DNA from: Candidatus Kaiserbacteria bacterium
Lineage (GTDB): Bacteria; Patescibacteriota; Minisyncoccia; Phycocordibacterales; UBA2100
DNA length: 62,358 bases
Assembly: GCA_028286865.1 (NCBI GenBank)
Contig: JAQBQU010000016.1
Span: 1 to 62,358 of the forward strand
Direction: 5' to 3'
Shown: one piece after another, positions 24,388 to 34,331 of the stretch
Layout: every line of letters begins with the position of its first letter
How positions within the stretch are numbered: the stretch's first letter is position 1
The notes under the pieces: model-generated
What the model saw: only the letters and a program-made list of their open reading frames with translations
What the model was told of the DNA's origin: nothing
Databases searched by the model: none
Position numbers and translations under genes: made by a program

Positions 24388-25605
24388 ATGAGTCGCTTCG
24401 TCTACACCGCAGAAAAAAATGACGGCGAGGTCTACAAAGGCACCGCAGAGGCAAAAGACCGCTTCGAGCTTTATGGCGTGGTTCGCCGCGAGGGCGGTAA
24501 GATCATCTCGGTCAACGAGCAGTCGGGAAGCAAGTGGAGCATCACGTACTGGAACACCAAGCTCACGACCATCAAGGAATACGACAAGATACTCATGGCG
24601 AGAAACCTCGGCGCCATGATCTCCGCCGGGCTCAGTCTTTCGCGCTCTCTGGCCGTGCTTGAGCGTCAGACGAAGAATCCCCGGCTCGGCGCCACCATCT
24701 CTGAGATCGCGAGCGATGTGCGCCGCGGAGAAACATTGCACGGCGCGATGGCGAAATTCCCCCGCATCTTCAGCAATCTTTTCATTGCGATGCTTCGCGC
24801 CGGCGAAGAAGGGGGAGATCTTCCGGCGTCTTTGCAGGTGACGTCGGACCAGATGGAACGCATGTTCGACCTCAAGAAGAAGATAAAAGGAGCCATGATC
24901 TATCCGTGCATCATCCTGGTGGCGATATTCGGCATCGGTATCGTTATGATGATCGTCGTCGTGCCGACATTGGGCTCTACCTTCAGCGAAATGGGTGCCT
25001 CGCTCCCGTCTTCGACACAATTTGTCATCAATCTCAGTAATTTCCTGGTGCAGTATACGGTGCTCGCTCTGGGCATGATCGTCGGAGTCGTGGTCGGTCT
25101 ATACCTCGCGCTGCGTACCCGTATCGGACAGCGCGGCGTCGACTTCGTGCTGCTGCATCTGCCGGGGATCTCGCCTCTCGTGAAAGAAGTGAATGCGGCG
25201 CGCACTGCGCGCACGATGGCGTCACTGCTCACCTCGGGAGTCGACGTGATAACCGCGCTCGATATCACGCACGAGGTCGTGCAGAATTCATATTTCCAGG
25301 CGATCATCGCCGCCGCCAAGACCGGAGTTGCGCAGGGCCAGCCGCTCTCGACCGAATTCGCGCGTAACGAAAAGATGTACCCGCCCTTTGTGGGCGAAAT
25401 GATGGCGGTCGGTGAAGAGACCGGACAGACCGCAGAAATGCTCAAGCGCTTGGCACTTTTCTACGAAGTCGAAGTGGACCGCAAGACAAAAGATATGTCG
25501 ACCATCATTGAGCCGTTCCTCATGCTCTTCATCGGTGCGGCGGTCGGATTCTTTGCGGTCGCGATGATCACACCGATCTATTCGCTTTCGTCCAACAATT
25601 TCTGA
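24388..25605 (+). CDS. pilC: type IV pilus platform protein (PilC/GspF family)
   Basis: 405 aa with two T2SSF repeats and 3 TM segments. TATACT lies 6 nt before the ATG. Confidence 0.92.
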   Translation: MSRFVYTAEKNDGEVYKGTAEAKDRFELYGVVRREGGKIISVNEQSGSKWSITYWNTKLTTIKEYDKILMARNLGAMISAGLSLSRSLAVLERQTKNPRLGATISEIASDVRRGETLHGAMAKFPRIFSNLFIAMLRAGEEGGDLPASLQVTSDQMERMFDLKKKIKGAMIYPCIILVAIFGIGIVMMIVVVPTLGSTFSEMGASLPSSTQFVINLSNFLVQYTVLALGMIVGVVVGLYLALRTRIGQRGVDFVLLHLPGISPLVKEVNAARTARTMASLLTSGVDVITALDITHEVVQNSYFQAIIAAAKTGVAQGQPLSTEFARNEKMYPPFVGEMMAVGEETGQTAEMLKRLALFYEVEVDRKTKDMSTIIEPFLMLFIGAAVGFFAVAMITPIYSLSSNNF

Positions 25606-25609
25606 CCCT

Positions 25610-27340
25610 ATGTCGCGCAGAACTACTGCACGCGGAGTGACATTGATCGATACGATCGTGGCCACATCGCTCATGCTTGTGGTGTTCCTCGGGATCGCGG
25701 CAGCGTTCAATCTGTCGCTCGATATCGTGAGCAACAACAAGGCGCGCGGAGGCGCTATTGCACTTGCCGATGAGCGGATGGAATACATCCGGAGTCTCAC
25801 GTACGCGCAGGTGGGGACCGTCGGCGGGATCCCTTCGGGGGTCCTCGCGCAGAGCGAATCACTTTCGCTCAATGGTGTGTCATATGTCCGACGCACCCTG
25901 GTCTTATACGGCGATGATGCGAGCGACGGGACGGGTGTCGCGGATGGCAACAGCATTACGGCGGATTACAAGCTCGTGAAAGTGGATGTGACGTGGAATT
26001 CGCGCACGGGAGCGCGTCATATTGCGCTCGTCACGAGATTCTCACCGGCACCCGGAGTGGAATCGGCGGTCGCGGGTGGAACACTTACCATCAATGTCAT
26101 CGATTCAGCATCTTCGCCGCTTTTTAATGCGCAGCTGCGCATTGTGAACGCCTCGACCACACCGGCGAGCGCCGCGATCGACCTCACGACCTATACCAAT
26201 GCAAGCGGGACCGCTACATTCATCGGTGCTACATCCACGGGCGCGTACCAGGTGACCGTTACGAAATCCGGATATTCGACCGCGCAGACCTACTCGCTCA
26301 CGGCGGTAAATACGAGTCCGAATCCCGGACACCTGACGGTCTCCACGAATCAGACAACGACCGGCACCTTTGCTATCGACCTCCTGGCGCAGAAGACCGT
26401 GCAGACGCTCAATCAGATCGTGCCCGGTACGTGGACCGACCCGTTCTCTGACGCGGCGAAAATAGCGACGAGTACCAACGTGAGCGTCTCCGGCGGCAAG
26501 GCATCGCTCATTGATACGACAAGTACGGGGGAAGTGCGCTCTATTGCGGTCGCACCCAGCGCACTTATGACCTGGGGGACGCTCACCGTCACCGATACAA
26601 AACCCGTCGGGACGCTGACCCGCTATCGCGTATACGATGCAGCGGGCGCACTCATTCCGGACTCCCAGCTTTCGGGTAACAGCGCCGGATTCACAAGTAC
26701 CAGCATCGATCTTTCGGGGGTCTCGACAAGCACGTATCCGTCGCTTGTCTTCGACAGTGTGCTGACCGGCGCCGCGTCTTCGACCCCGTCGATCGATGTA
26801 TGGAGCGTGGGCTATACGTACGGCGGCGACCCGCTTCCTAACGTCGCATTCACGATGCGCGGCGCCAAAACGACCGGCAGCGGACCGTCGGGAACCGTCT
26901 ATAAATACAACAGCGCACTCTCGAGCGGTTCGACCGGAGTGCTGGTTTTGCCGGGCCTCGAATGGGACACGTACCTCATAACCGTCGCCGGTACCTCGAC
27001 GGGCTACGACATTGCTTCCGCGTGCAGCCCGCAGCCGGAAACGCTCGCGGCGGGAGCGAGTGCGACGACCAGGCTCTATTTCGCGACCCATACGGTGAAT
27101 TCAATTCTCATCGACGTGCACGTAGCATCTTCGGGGGTTCTCTTGCCGGGGGCGACGGTACATTTGTACAAAACCGGATACTCGGCGACCTCAACCGCCG
27201 ATTCCTGCGGCCAGGCGTTCTTCTCCGGGCTCACGAGCGGCACCTATTCGCTCGACGTTTCGAAATCGGGCTACACAACATATACGTCCCCCGCGGCCAA
27301 CGTTGCGGGGACATCGCGTCTCTCGGTCTCACTCAATTAA
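25610..27340 (+). CDS. giant prepilin-type N-terminal domain protein with CarboxypepD_reg-like beta-sandwich repeats
   Basis: 576 aa. The N-terminus RGVTLIDTIVATSLMLVVFLGI is a class III signal-like sequence (G/VTLID). Two segments resemble carboxypeptidase regulatory-like domains (VTVTKSGYS, LDVSKSGYT). Confidence 0.8.
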   Translation: MSRRTTARGVTLIDTIVATSLMLVVFLGIAAAFNLSLDIVSNNKARGGAIALADERMEYIRSLTYAQVGTVGGIPSGVLAQSESLSLNGVSYVRRTLVLYGDDASDGTGVADGNSITADYKLVKVDVTWNSRTGARHIALVTRFSPAPGVESAVAGGTLTINVIDSASSPLFNAQLRIVNASTTPASAAIDLTTYTNASGTATFIGATSTGAYQVTVTKSGYSTAQTYSLTAVNTSPNPGHLTVSTNQTTTGTFAIDLLAQKTVQTLNQIVPGTWTDPFSDAAKIATSTNVSVSGGKASLIDTTSTGEVRSIAVAPSALMTWGTLTVTDTKPVGTLTRYRVYDAAGALIPDSQLSGNSAGFTSTSIDLSGVSTSTYPSLVFDSVLTGAASSTPSIDVWSVGYTYGGDPLPNVAFTMRGAKTTGSGPSGTVYKYNSALSSGSTGVLVLPGLEWDTYLITVAGTSTGYDIASACSPQPETLAAGASATTRLYFATHTVNSILIDVHVASSGVLLPGATVHLYKTGYSATSTADSCGQAFFSGLTSGTYSLDVSKSGYTTYTSPAANVAGTSRLSVSLN

Positions 27341-27341
27341 T

Positions 27342-27941
27342 ATGAAGCAACTCTCACGAACACGGGGATTCACACTTTTGGAAACGGTGGTGTGGGTCGG
27401 CATGTTCACGATGGTCATGGTCGCCATCGTCACGACGCTCATTTTCTTCTATCGCACGAGCAATTACACGATCCAGGAAGCATCCGCGGTGGCTTCCGCA
27501 CAGCATGGCATGGACCTCATGGTCCGCACCATGCGCGAAGCCGCGTATTCGAGCAGCGGCGCGTATCCGATCGTCTCGATCGCACCGGACGATATCGTTT
27601 TCTATGCCGACGTGGATTCCGATTCCGCGATCGAACGCGTGCATTACTATCTTTCGGGCACAAATGTCTTTCAGGGCATCCTTGATCCGAGCGGGGACCC
27701 GCCCGTATATACCGGATCCGAAACGGCCTCCGCCATTTCTGATTATGTGCGCAATACGTCGCAAGGGACCGTGACGTTCTTGTACTACGATTCGGGCGGC
27801 GCGCTCATTTCCGATTACTCAAAGATCGGCTCGGTACGCTTTATTACGGTGAATGTCGGCGTGGACGTCGATACCAACAGGTCGCCGACGCCGATATACC
27901 TGCGCTCGTCGGCGGCATTGCGCAATATCGTGGGAAACTGA
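27342..27941 (+). CDS. prepilin-type N-terminal cleavage/methylation domain protein (pilin/pseudopilin)
   Basis: The start MKQLSRTRGFTLLETVVWVGMFTMVMVAI carries the canonical G/FTLLE motif. The ATG lies 1 nt after the upstream stop. Confidence 0.85.
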   Translation: MKQLSRTRGFTLLETVVWVGMFTMVMVAIVTTLIFFYRTSNYTIQEASAVASAQHGMDLMVRTMREAAYSSSGAYPIVSIAPDDIVFYADVDSDSAIERVHYYLSGTNVFQGILDPSGDPPVYTGSETASAISDYVRNTSQGTVTFLYYDSGGALISDYSKIGSVRFITVNVGVDVDTNRSPTPIYLRSSAALRNIVGN

Positions 27942-27945
27942 TCAT

Positions 27946-29439
27946 ATGCTTTTCTTTTCTTCGACAAAACGAGGTCGCTCCCCACAGGCGGGCATCACGA
28001 CGCTTTTGGTGATCGGCTTCATGGGCGTCTTCATGGTGATACTCGGCACCGTCACGAGCTACGCGCTTGAGCAGGCGCGCTACGGGCGCGGACTCTTCGC
28101 GCGCGAACAGGCGCTCCACATCGCCGATGCAGGCCTCGAGTATTACCGATGGTTCCTGGCGCACAATCCCTCTATTCTCGTTGCGGGGTCCGGGCTCGTT
28201 TCTCCGTACACCTATAGTATTAATGACCCCGAGGCCGCCAACGTCGGAAATGCGGTCATTACGGCTTCGCCGAGTATGCAGTGCGGGGCGCTTCAGTGGC
28301 TCGATGTGACATCGGTGGGAAGATCGATCGCCGGCGTCGGATTTCCGCGCACACTCAATGCGCGCTACATGAAACGCTCCATCGCCGAATATGCGTTCCT
28401 CTATAACAGCGGCGTATGGTTCGGATCGACCAACGTGGGCTCCGGTCCGTATTTTTCGAACAACGGTATTCGCATGGATGGTACGACCAACTCCACCGTT
28501 TCCGCTGCCGTGTCGCAGATGTACTGCGACTCATCATTCGGATGCTCGCCCGCATCGTGGCAAAACGGTGTCTTCGGCAACGGAAGCAACTCAACGCTCT
28601 GGAAATACCCCGCTTCGACCGTCGACTTCTCAGGCATGGCGCTGAATTTCACGACGCTCAAGGCTTACGCACAGGCCACGGGCGTCATGCTCAATCCGAC
28701 ATCGGTGACGGTGGCCGGGATCACTCAGGGAAGTACGTTCTCCTCGGTCGGCGCGTCGGACAACAAAGGGTTTCATCTGGTGTTCAAATCCGACGGCACG
28801 ATCGATGTGTATCGGGTCACCGCAACGAACGGGGACACGGTCTATAGCTACAACGATGTGGTCGGCGACTTTTATTACAGCTATCCGATCATCGCGAGCC
28901 AGACCTTCGTCGCCAATGTGACGCCTCCGTCAGGGTGCGCACTTATTTATTCGCAGGCAAAGACCTGGATCGAAGGAACTGTGTCGGGGAAGATGACCTT
29001 GATCGTGGCCGACACCGGAGCGTATGTGCCAAGCATCATTTTCAATAACAACCTTACCTATGCCACGACCGACGGCACGACCGGGCTCACCGCGGTCGCC
29101 GAAGGGTCGCTCTTGCTCGGCCTAGAGGTCCCCAACAATATGACGCTCCGCGGCATCTTCGTGGCCCAAACGGGGCTCTACGGGCGCGACTACTATATTG
29201 CGTCTTCAGGCTACCTGCCGGCGGCCGATTATCAATATGTGACCCGCACATCTCTGACCGTGGCCGGAACGATCGTTTCGAATCAGCGCGGTGCCGTCTG
29301 CTGGTCGAGCGGTTCGAGCTGTGCCTCCGGCTTTTTGGCTCGCAACAACAGCTATGATCGCGTATTAGCATTTGCGCCGCCGCCTTTCACTCCGGCAGCC
29401 ACGACCGACTTCTCATACGTCCTTTGGAGAGAACAGTAA
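27946..29439 (+). CDS. PilX-N-like pilus-associated protein
   Basis: 497 aa. MLFFSSTKRGRSPQAGITTLLVIGFMGVFMVILG resembles the PilX N-terminal hydrophobic segment. A large extracellular domain follows. Confidence 0.7.
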   Translation: MLFFSSTKRGRSPQAGITTLLVIGFMGVFMVILGTVTSYALEQARYGRGLFAREQALHIADAGLEYYRWFLAHNPSILVAGSGLVSPYTYSINDPEAANVGNAVITASPSMQCGALQWLDVTSVGRSIAGVGFPRTLNARYMKRSIAEYAFLYNSGVWFGSTNVGSGPYFSNNGIRMDGTTNSTVSAAVSQMYCDSSFGCSPASWQNGVFGNGSNSTLWKYPASTVDFSGMALNFTTLKAYAQATGVMLNPTSVTVAGITQGSTFSSVGASDNKGFHLVFKSDGTIDVYRVTATNGDTVYSYNDVVGDFYYSYPIIASQTFVANVTPPSGCALIYSQAKTWIEGTVSGKMTLIVADTGAYVPSIIFNNNLTYATTDGTTGLTAVAEGSLLLGLEVPNNMTLRGIFVAQTGLYGRDYYIASSGYLPAADYQYVTRTSLTVAGTIVSNQRGAVCWSSGSSCASGFLARNNSYDRVLAFAPPPFTPAATTDFSYVLWREQ

Positions 29440-29450
29440 AGTGTCGTTCG

Positions 29451-29548
29451 GCAACTGGCCTATTTTGCCGTCGCTATCTGGCATTGCTATGCCAGCGCTC
29501 GATCTCGCGCCCGTCGGCGCTGCGAAGACGGCAAAATAGGCCGGTTGC
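29451..29548 (+). other. 98-nt branched inverted-repeat RNA/DNA element
   Basis: A 22-bp outer stem (16 perfect pairs, GGCCTATTTTGCCGTC / GACGGCAAAATAGGCC) encloses two inner hairpins (CTGGCAT/ATGCCAG and GCGCC/GGCGC). No T-run follows. Confidence 0.6.
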
Positions 29549-29596
29549 ACTCACCGGTGTCAGGGAATGCAAAACTCGTCGTGATACAATCTGGCG

Positions 29597-30349
29597 ATGA
29601 AATCCATCGTTGTTGCCAACTGGAAAATGAACCCCGTTTCGATGAAAGAGGCAAAAAAGCTCTTTGATGCGACGAAAAAGGCGGCAGATGGAGCTAAGAA
29701 CGTAACGGTCATCGTTGCTCCGCCGGCGCTCTTCCTTCGCGAGCTTCGCGGGGCATACAAGGGAAAAAAGCTATCCTTTGCGCTCCAGAACGCGCATTTT
29801 GAACAAAGCGGCGCTTACACCGGAGAGAATTCACTTACCCAAGCTGACGATGCGAAGATCGAGTATGTGATCGTCGGTCATGCGGAGCGTCGTGCGGCGG
29901 GGGAGACGAATGAAGACACCGGCAAGAAAGTGAGCGCAGCGCTCGCGCTTAAAATGACACCCATTCTCTGTGTGGGGGAAGCGACCCGCTCACATAACGG
30001 CGAGCATTTTGATTTTGTTCGCGAGCAACTCGCGACCGCGCTTGCGCAGGTTCCTCCTGCAAAGCTCGGCAAATTGCTTATCGCATACGAACCGGTATGG
30101 GCGATCGGTGCGTCCACTCCCATGGCGCCGCGTGATATGCACGAAATGGGCATATTTATCCGCAAAGCGATCGTTGATCAGCATGGGCAGGCGGGCATGA
30201 ATATACGTATTCTTTACGGAGGGTCTATCGATGCCACCAATGCAGTCGAGATGCTCCACGAGGGAGATGTCATGGGATTTGTTCTCGGAAGGGCAAGTTA
30301 CGATGCGCAAAAGTTCTCCTTACTCATGAAAGTTCTATCCGACGCATGA
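29597..30349 (+). CDS. tpiA: triosephosphate isomerase
   Basis: VVANWKMN, GHAERR and the GGS...loop motifs are present. TGaTACAAT lies 6 nt before the ATG. Confidence 0.95.
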   Translation: MKSIVVANWKMNPVSMKEAKKLFDATKKAADGAKNVTVIVAPPALFLRELRGAYKGKKLSFALQNAHFEQSGAYTGENSLTQADDAKIEYVIVGHAERRAAGETNEDTGKKVSAALALKMTPILCVGEATRSHNGEHFDFVREQLATALAQVPPAKLGKLLIAYEPVWAIGASTPMAPRDMHEMGIFIRKAIVDQHGQAGMNIRILYGGSIDATNAVEMLHEGDVMGFVLGRASYDAQKFSLLMKVLSDA

Positions 30350-31473
30350 AATCCATCGACGAACTCTCGGCAAGCGATCTGAAAGGAAAGTACGTGATCG
30401 TTCGCGGTGGTCTTGATGTACCGCTCGATGCTCATGGTGAAGTGGCGGACCTCTTCCGTGTGCAGCGTGCGGTACCCACACTTCGTTTTCTTAAAGACTC
30501 GGGCGCACGCACGATCATTCTCTCGCACATTGGTCGCAAGCCGGAAGAGACCAATGCGCCCGTCGCGGCCGCGCTCAAGCATCATCTGCCGGTCGTCTAC
30601 GTGCCGGACCTATTGGGTGCAATGGCACAGGAAGCAAAAAACGCGATGCGCGACGGCGATATCCTGCTATTAGAGAATCTTCGCAGCGATGCGCGCGAGA
30701 CACAAAACGACGATACCTTCGCGAAGGCCCTTGCCGCATTCGGAGACATGTATGTCAATGACGCCTTTTCCGCGGCCCATCGTGCGCACGCGTCGATCGT
30801 CGGCATACCAAAATACATTCCGGCCTACGCAGGGATACTCTTTCGCGACGAAGTGCGCGAACTCGATCTCGCGCGCAAGCCGGAGCACCCGTCATTTGCG
30901 ATCCTCGGCGGGGCAAAATTCGAGACCAAGGCACCGCTCATCCAGCATCTTTTAAAGAATTATGATCACGTGTTCGTGACGGGGGCACTCGCCAACGATG
31001 TTTTTAAAGCAAAGGGCCTTCCGGTCGGACGCTCGCTCATATCTGCCGAATTACCGAGCGCTGAGGTGCTGAATGACCCGCATTTCCTCGCTCCGGTCGA
31101 CGTGACCGTCGAACAGCTTGATCTCCAGGCACGCGTCAAAAAGCCGGACCAGGTTTCGCCGGGCGACAAGATCGTCGACATCGGCCCCGACTCGCTGAAG
31201 GAGATCGCGCCATACATCACCGATGCCAAATTCATTCTCTGGAACGGACCTACCGGGCTCTACGAAGGCGGATACATCTCATGGACGCATGCGATCGCAG
31301 AGCTTATTGCGCAGTCATCCGCACAAAAGGTCATCGGCGGCGGGGATACGATCGCCGCTATAGAAGAGAGCGGCGTCGCGGAATCGTCGCTCGGATTTCT
31401 CTCCACCGGTGGAGGCGCAATGCTCGAATACCTGCTCGATGGGACGCTGCCCGGGATCCAAGCATTACAGTAA
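30346..31473 (+). CDS. pgk: phosphoglycerate kinase
   Basis: 375 aa with PGK motifs (RGGLDVPLD, ILLLENLR, GGGDT). ATGA overlap with tpiA. Confidence 0.95.
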   Translation: MKSIDELSASDLKGKYVIVRGGLDVPLDAHGEVADLFRVQRAVPTLRFLKDSGARTIILSHIGRKPEETNAPVAAALKHHLPVVYVPDLLGAMAQEAKNAMRDGDILLLENLRSDARETQNDDTFAKALAAFGDMYVNDAFSAAHRAHASIVGIPKYIPAYAGILFRDEVRELDLARKPEHPSFAILGGAKFETKAPLIQHLLKNYDHVFVTGALANDVFKAKGLPVGRSLISAELPSAEVLNDPHFLAPVDVTVEQLDLQARVKKPDQVSPGDKIVDIGPDSLKEIAPYITDAKFILWNGPTGLYEGGYISWTHAIAELIAQSSAQKVIGGGDTIAAIEESGVAESSLGFLSTGGGAMLEYLLDGTLPGIQALQ

Positions 31474-31490
31474 CGATCGGCGCGGCTCTT

Positions 31491-31904
31491 TTATTGCAGC
31501 GCTTCGCGTATCTTGCGAAGCATATCTGCTGCCTCGTCGTCCTTGTAGGCGGCATGATGCCACGGCTTTAGTCCGTCGTTCTTGAAACGCGGAATGATAT
31601 GAATATGGGGATGGTCGACGACCTGTCCGGCGGACTCACGGTTATTCATCATGATGTTGACCCCGTCGGCGCCCGTCGCTTTCTCAATGGACGCGGCAAG
31701 GTGATGTACCGCTTTTGTCATCGCGAGCCAGTCCTCGGCGGAGATATCGAAAATGTTGCGCGTCTCGGTATTCTTCGGGATCACGAGCGTGTGCCCCGGA
31801 TTGACCGGATTGATGTCGAGAAACGCGAGCACTTTATCGTCCTCGTATACGATATTCGCTGGCAATTCTCCGCGGATGATCTTAGAGAATACGGTCTCGC
31901 TCAT
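31491..31904 (-). CDS. HIT-family (histidine triad) nucleotide hydrolase
   Basis: 137 aa with the HPHIHIIP histidine triad. Confidence 0.92.
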   Translation of the reverse strand: MSETVFSKIIRGELPANIVYEDDKVLAFLDINPVNPGHTLVIPKNTETRNIFDISAEDWLAMTKAVHHLAASIEKATGADGVNIMMNNRESAGQVVDHPHIHIIPRFKNDGLKPWHHAAYKDDEAADMLRKIREALQ

Positions 31905-31945
31905 GTAAAGAGTTTATCACAATCGATATTTGCTACACTGCACAC

Positions 31946-33625
31946 GTGAATGAGATCTCTCCCGTGAGTGAACTGGTACTCGACCTGCTCAAAAAGCGGG
32001 GGGTGATAGAGCAAGCAGATATTAATGCGTTCTTAGCCCCTGATTATGCGGTGCATACGCATGCGCCCGAGTTGTTTCATGATATGGATGTGGCGGTGGC
32101 GCGGCTTTTTTCGGCGATCGAACACAATGAGCGCATCGCCGTGTATGCGGATTTTGATTGTGACGGTATTCCGGGGGCAGCAGTGCTTTCTGATTTTTTT
32201 GCGAAGATCGAATATGAAAATGTGGAAGTATATCTTCCGCACCGCGACCGTGAAGGGTACGGATTTCATACTGCCGCGATCGCACAGCTCGCCGCGCGCG
32301 ACGTAAAACTCATTATTACCGTCGATGTCGGGACCGCTGCGATCGAAGCGGTGAAATTTGCCAAAGGTATGGGGGTGGATGTGATCGTGACCGATCATCA
32401 CGAGATACTCGATGTCTTGCCTGATGCCGTTGCGGTGCTCAATCCGAAAATAGCACCGTATCCGTTCCCGCATTTGTGCGGAGCCGCGGTCGCATTCAAG
32501 CTCGTCCAAGCGGTACTCCGTGCGGGAAAAGAGCAAGGCATTGAGCGCTTTATGAGTGTTTCAGACGGCTGGGAAAAGTGGCTGCTGGATCTCGTCGCGA
32601 TCGCGACGGTGGCCGATATGGTGGAACTCACGGGAGAGAATCGCGCGCTCGTGCATTGGGGGCTCACGGTGCTTCGCAAATCGCCTCGTGCCGGGATCAA
32701 TGCGCTCTGCGCCGCGCTTCGTCTGCGCCGCGAGAACCTTACCGAAGATGATATCGGATTTTCTATTGCTCCGCGCGTGAACGCGGCCTCGCGCATGGGA
32801 GAGCCCGCGCTCGCACTGAGATTGCTCACGACCAGGGACCGCGCGGAGGCGGAGGACCTGGCAAAACAACTTGAAAAACTCAATGCGAGCCGCAAAGGGG
32901 TCGTGGCGGGTATCGTACGTGAAGCGCGCAAACGCGTATCCGAAAGATATCGCGACGACCAAAAGGTGGTCGTGCTTGGAGATCCCGATTGGAAGCCGGC
33001 GCTTTTGGGGCTTGCGGCCAATTCGATCATGAACGAGCGCGGTGGAATGGTCTGTCTGTGGGGCCGTGATGCAAACGGCGTCATAAAGGGCTCCTGCCGT
33101 TCCGACGGGGATATCTCTGTCGTCGCATTGTTCGAGGCAGCGACCGAAGCATTCATCGAATATGGCGGGCATTCAGCGTCGGGAGGCTTCTCGGTAAGTC
33201 CCGAGAATATTCATACACTGCCCGAAGTGCTCGAAGCTGCCGCGGTCACACTCGAAAAGAAGGGAGGGAAGGCAGATGTCGTGCACGACGCACACCTAAC
33301 GCTACGAGAATTATCGTGGACTCTTTATAAAGACGTTTCGCGCTTGGCCCCTTTTGGAATGGGAAATCCAAAACCGGTATTCAGAATACTGGGTGCCCAG
33401 GTCCAGGGCATTAAGCGGTTCGGTAAGGAGAAAAATCATGTCGAAGTAGCGCTCGTGTCCCTCGACTCGGGCTCCAATGCACGGGCATTCGATTTTTTCA
33501 GATCTCCGGAGGACTTCACTCATGTGCCCGTGGCGGGAGAATCTGCGGCGATCATTGCGACCATTGAGCGGGATACCTTCCGCGGCGGCCTCGCCCTGCG
33601 TATCATCGACGTACTTCCCACATAG
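31946..33625 (+). CDS. recJ: single-stranded-DNA-specific exonuclease RecJ
   Basis: 559 aa with DHH motifs (DFDCDGIPG, TDHH) and DHHA1. GTG start is preceded by TGcTACACT-N6. Confidence 0.92.
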   Translation: MNEISPVSELVLDLLKKRGVIEQADINAFLAPDYAVHTHAPELFHDMDVAVARLFSAIEHNERIAVYADFDCDGIPGAAVLSDFFAKIEYENVEVYLPHRDREGYGFHTAAIAQLAARDVKLIITVDVGTAAIEAVKFAKGMGVDVIVTDHHEILDVLPDAVAVLNPKIAPYPFPHLCGAAVAFKLVQAVLRAGKEQGIERFMSVSDGWEKWLLDLVAIATVADMVELTGENRALVHWGLTVLRKSPRAGINALCAALRLRRENLTEDDIGFSIAPRVNAASRMGEPALALRLLTTRDRAEAEDLAKQLEKLNASRKGVVAGIVREARKRVSERYRDDQKVVVLGDPDWKPALLGLAANSIMNERGGMVCLWGRDANGVIKGSCRSDGDISVVALFEAATEAFIEYGGHSASGGFSVSPENIHTLPEVLEAAAVTLEKKGGKADVVHDAHLTLRELSWTLYKDVSRLAPFGMGNPKPVFRILGAQVQGIKRFGKEKNHVEVALVSLDSGSNARAFDFFRSPEDFTHVPVAGESAAIIATIERDTFRGGLALRIIDVLPT

Positions 33626-33670
33626 AACAACCGTGTTTGGATTTCAGTCGCCGCATGCTAGCGTTGTGAC

Positions 33671-34324
33671 ATGAATACATTTTCCGTGCGTGGGATGGTC
33701 CGGTTCGGTTGGGATACTTTCAAAAAGCGACCCTGGTTCTTTATCGGAGTAACACTCCTCATCACGGTCATTAATTCGCTCGTCTCGCGCGCGTTCCCGG
33801 GCGTCACCTGGACGCAGCAGACCGGTATGCTCATGAGTGCACCCTATATCTTCGGTACCGTCATCAATTTCATACTGCAGGTCTTCGTCGGCATGGGTAC
33901 TATCGCACTGTACCTGAAAGCGCATGACGACGTGGTGAGCGCTCAGTGGAAAGATCTGTGGCATCCGCAGGCATTCGGCCGCTATTTCATTCTCAGCCTC
34001 CTGCTCATTCTGGTAAGTTTCAGCTTCGTGCTGCTCATCGTGCCGGGCATTATCTTTACGCTGATGTTCCAGTTCGCACCGTATCTCGTGATCGACAAAG
34101 GCATGGGACCGATCGAGGCAATGAAAGAAAGCGCGCGCATGACCAAGGGTCACAAGTGGCAGATGTTCACCTGTGACCTCGCATTTGTCGGAGTCGTCAT
34201 CGTGGGTGCTCTCTGCATCATCGTCGGCCTCTTGGCAGCGATCCCGGTGACCTACCTCGCGATCGCGCATATGTACCGCACGATCTCTTCGCAAGCCGTG
34301 GCCGAGGTGCCCGCGCAGGCGTAG
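33671..34324 (+). CDS. hypothetical polytopic membrane protein (DUF975-like)
   Basis: 217 aa with several TM helices. TGcTAGCGT lies 6 nt before the ATG. Confidence 0.65.
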   Translation: MNTFSVRGMVRFGWDTFKKRPWFFIGVTLLITVINSLVSRAFPGVTWTQQTGMLMSAPYIFGTVINFILQVFVGMGTIALYLKAHDDVVSAQWKDLWHPQAFGRYFILSLLLILVSFSFVLLIVPGIIFTLMFQFAPYLVIDKGMGPIEAMKESARMTKGHKWQMFTCDLAFVGVVIVGALCIIVGLLAAIPVTYLAIAHMYRTISSQAVAEVPAQA

Positions 34325-34331
34325 GCATATC

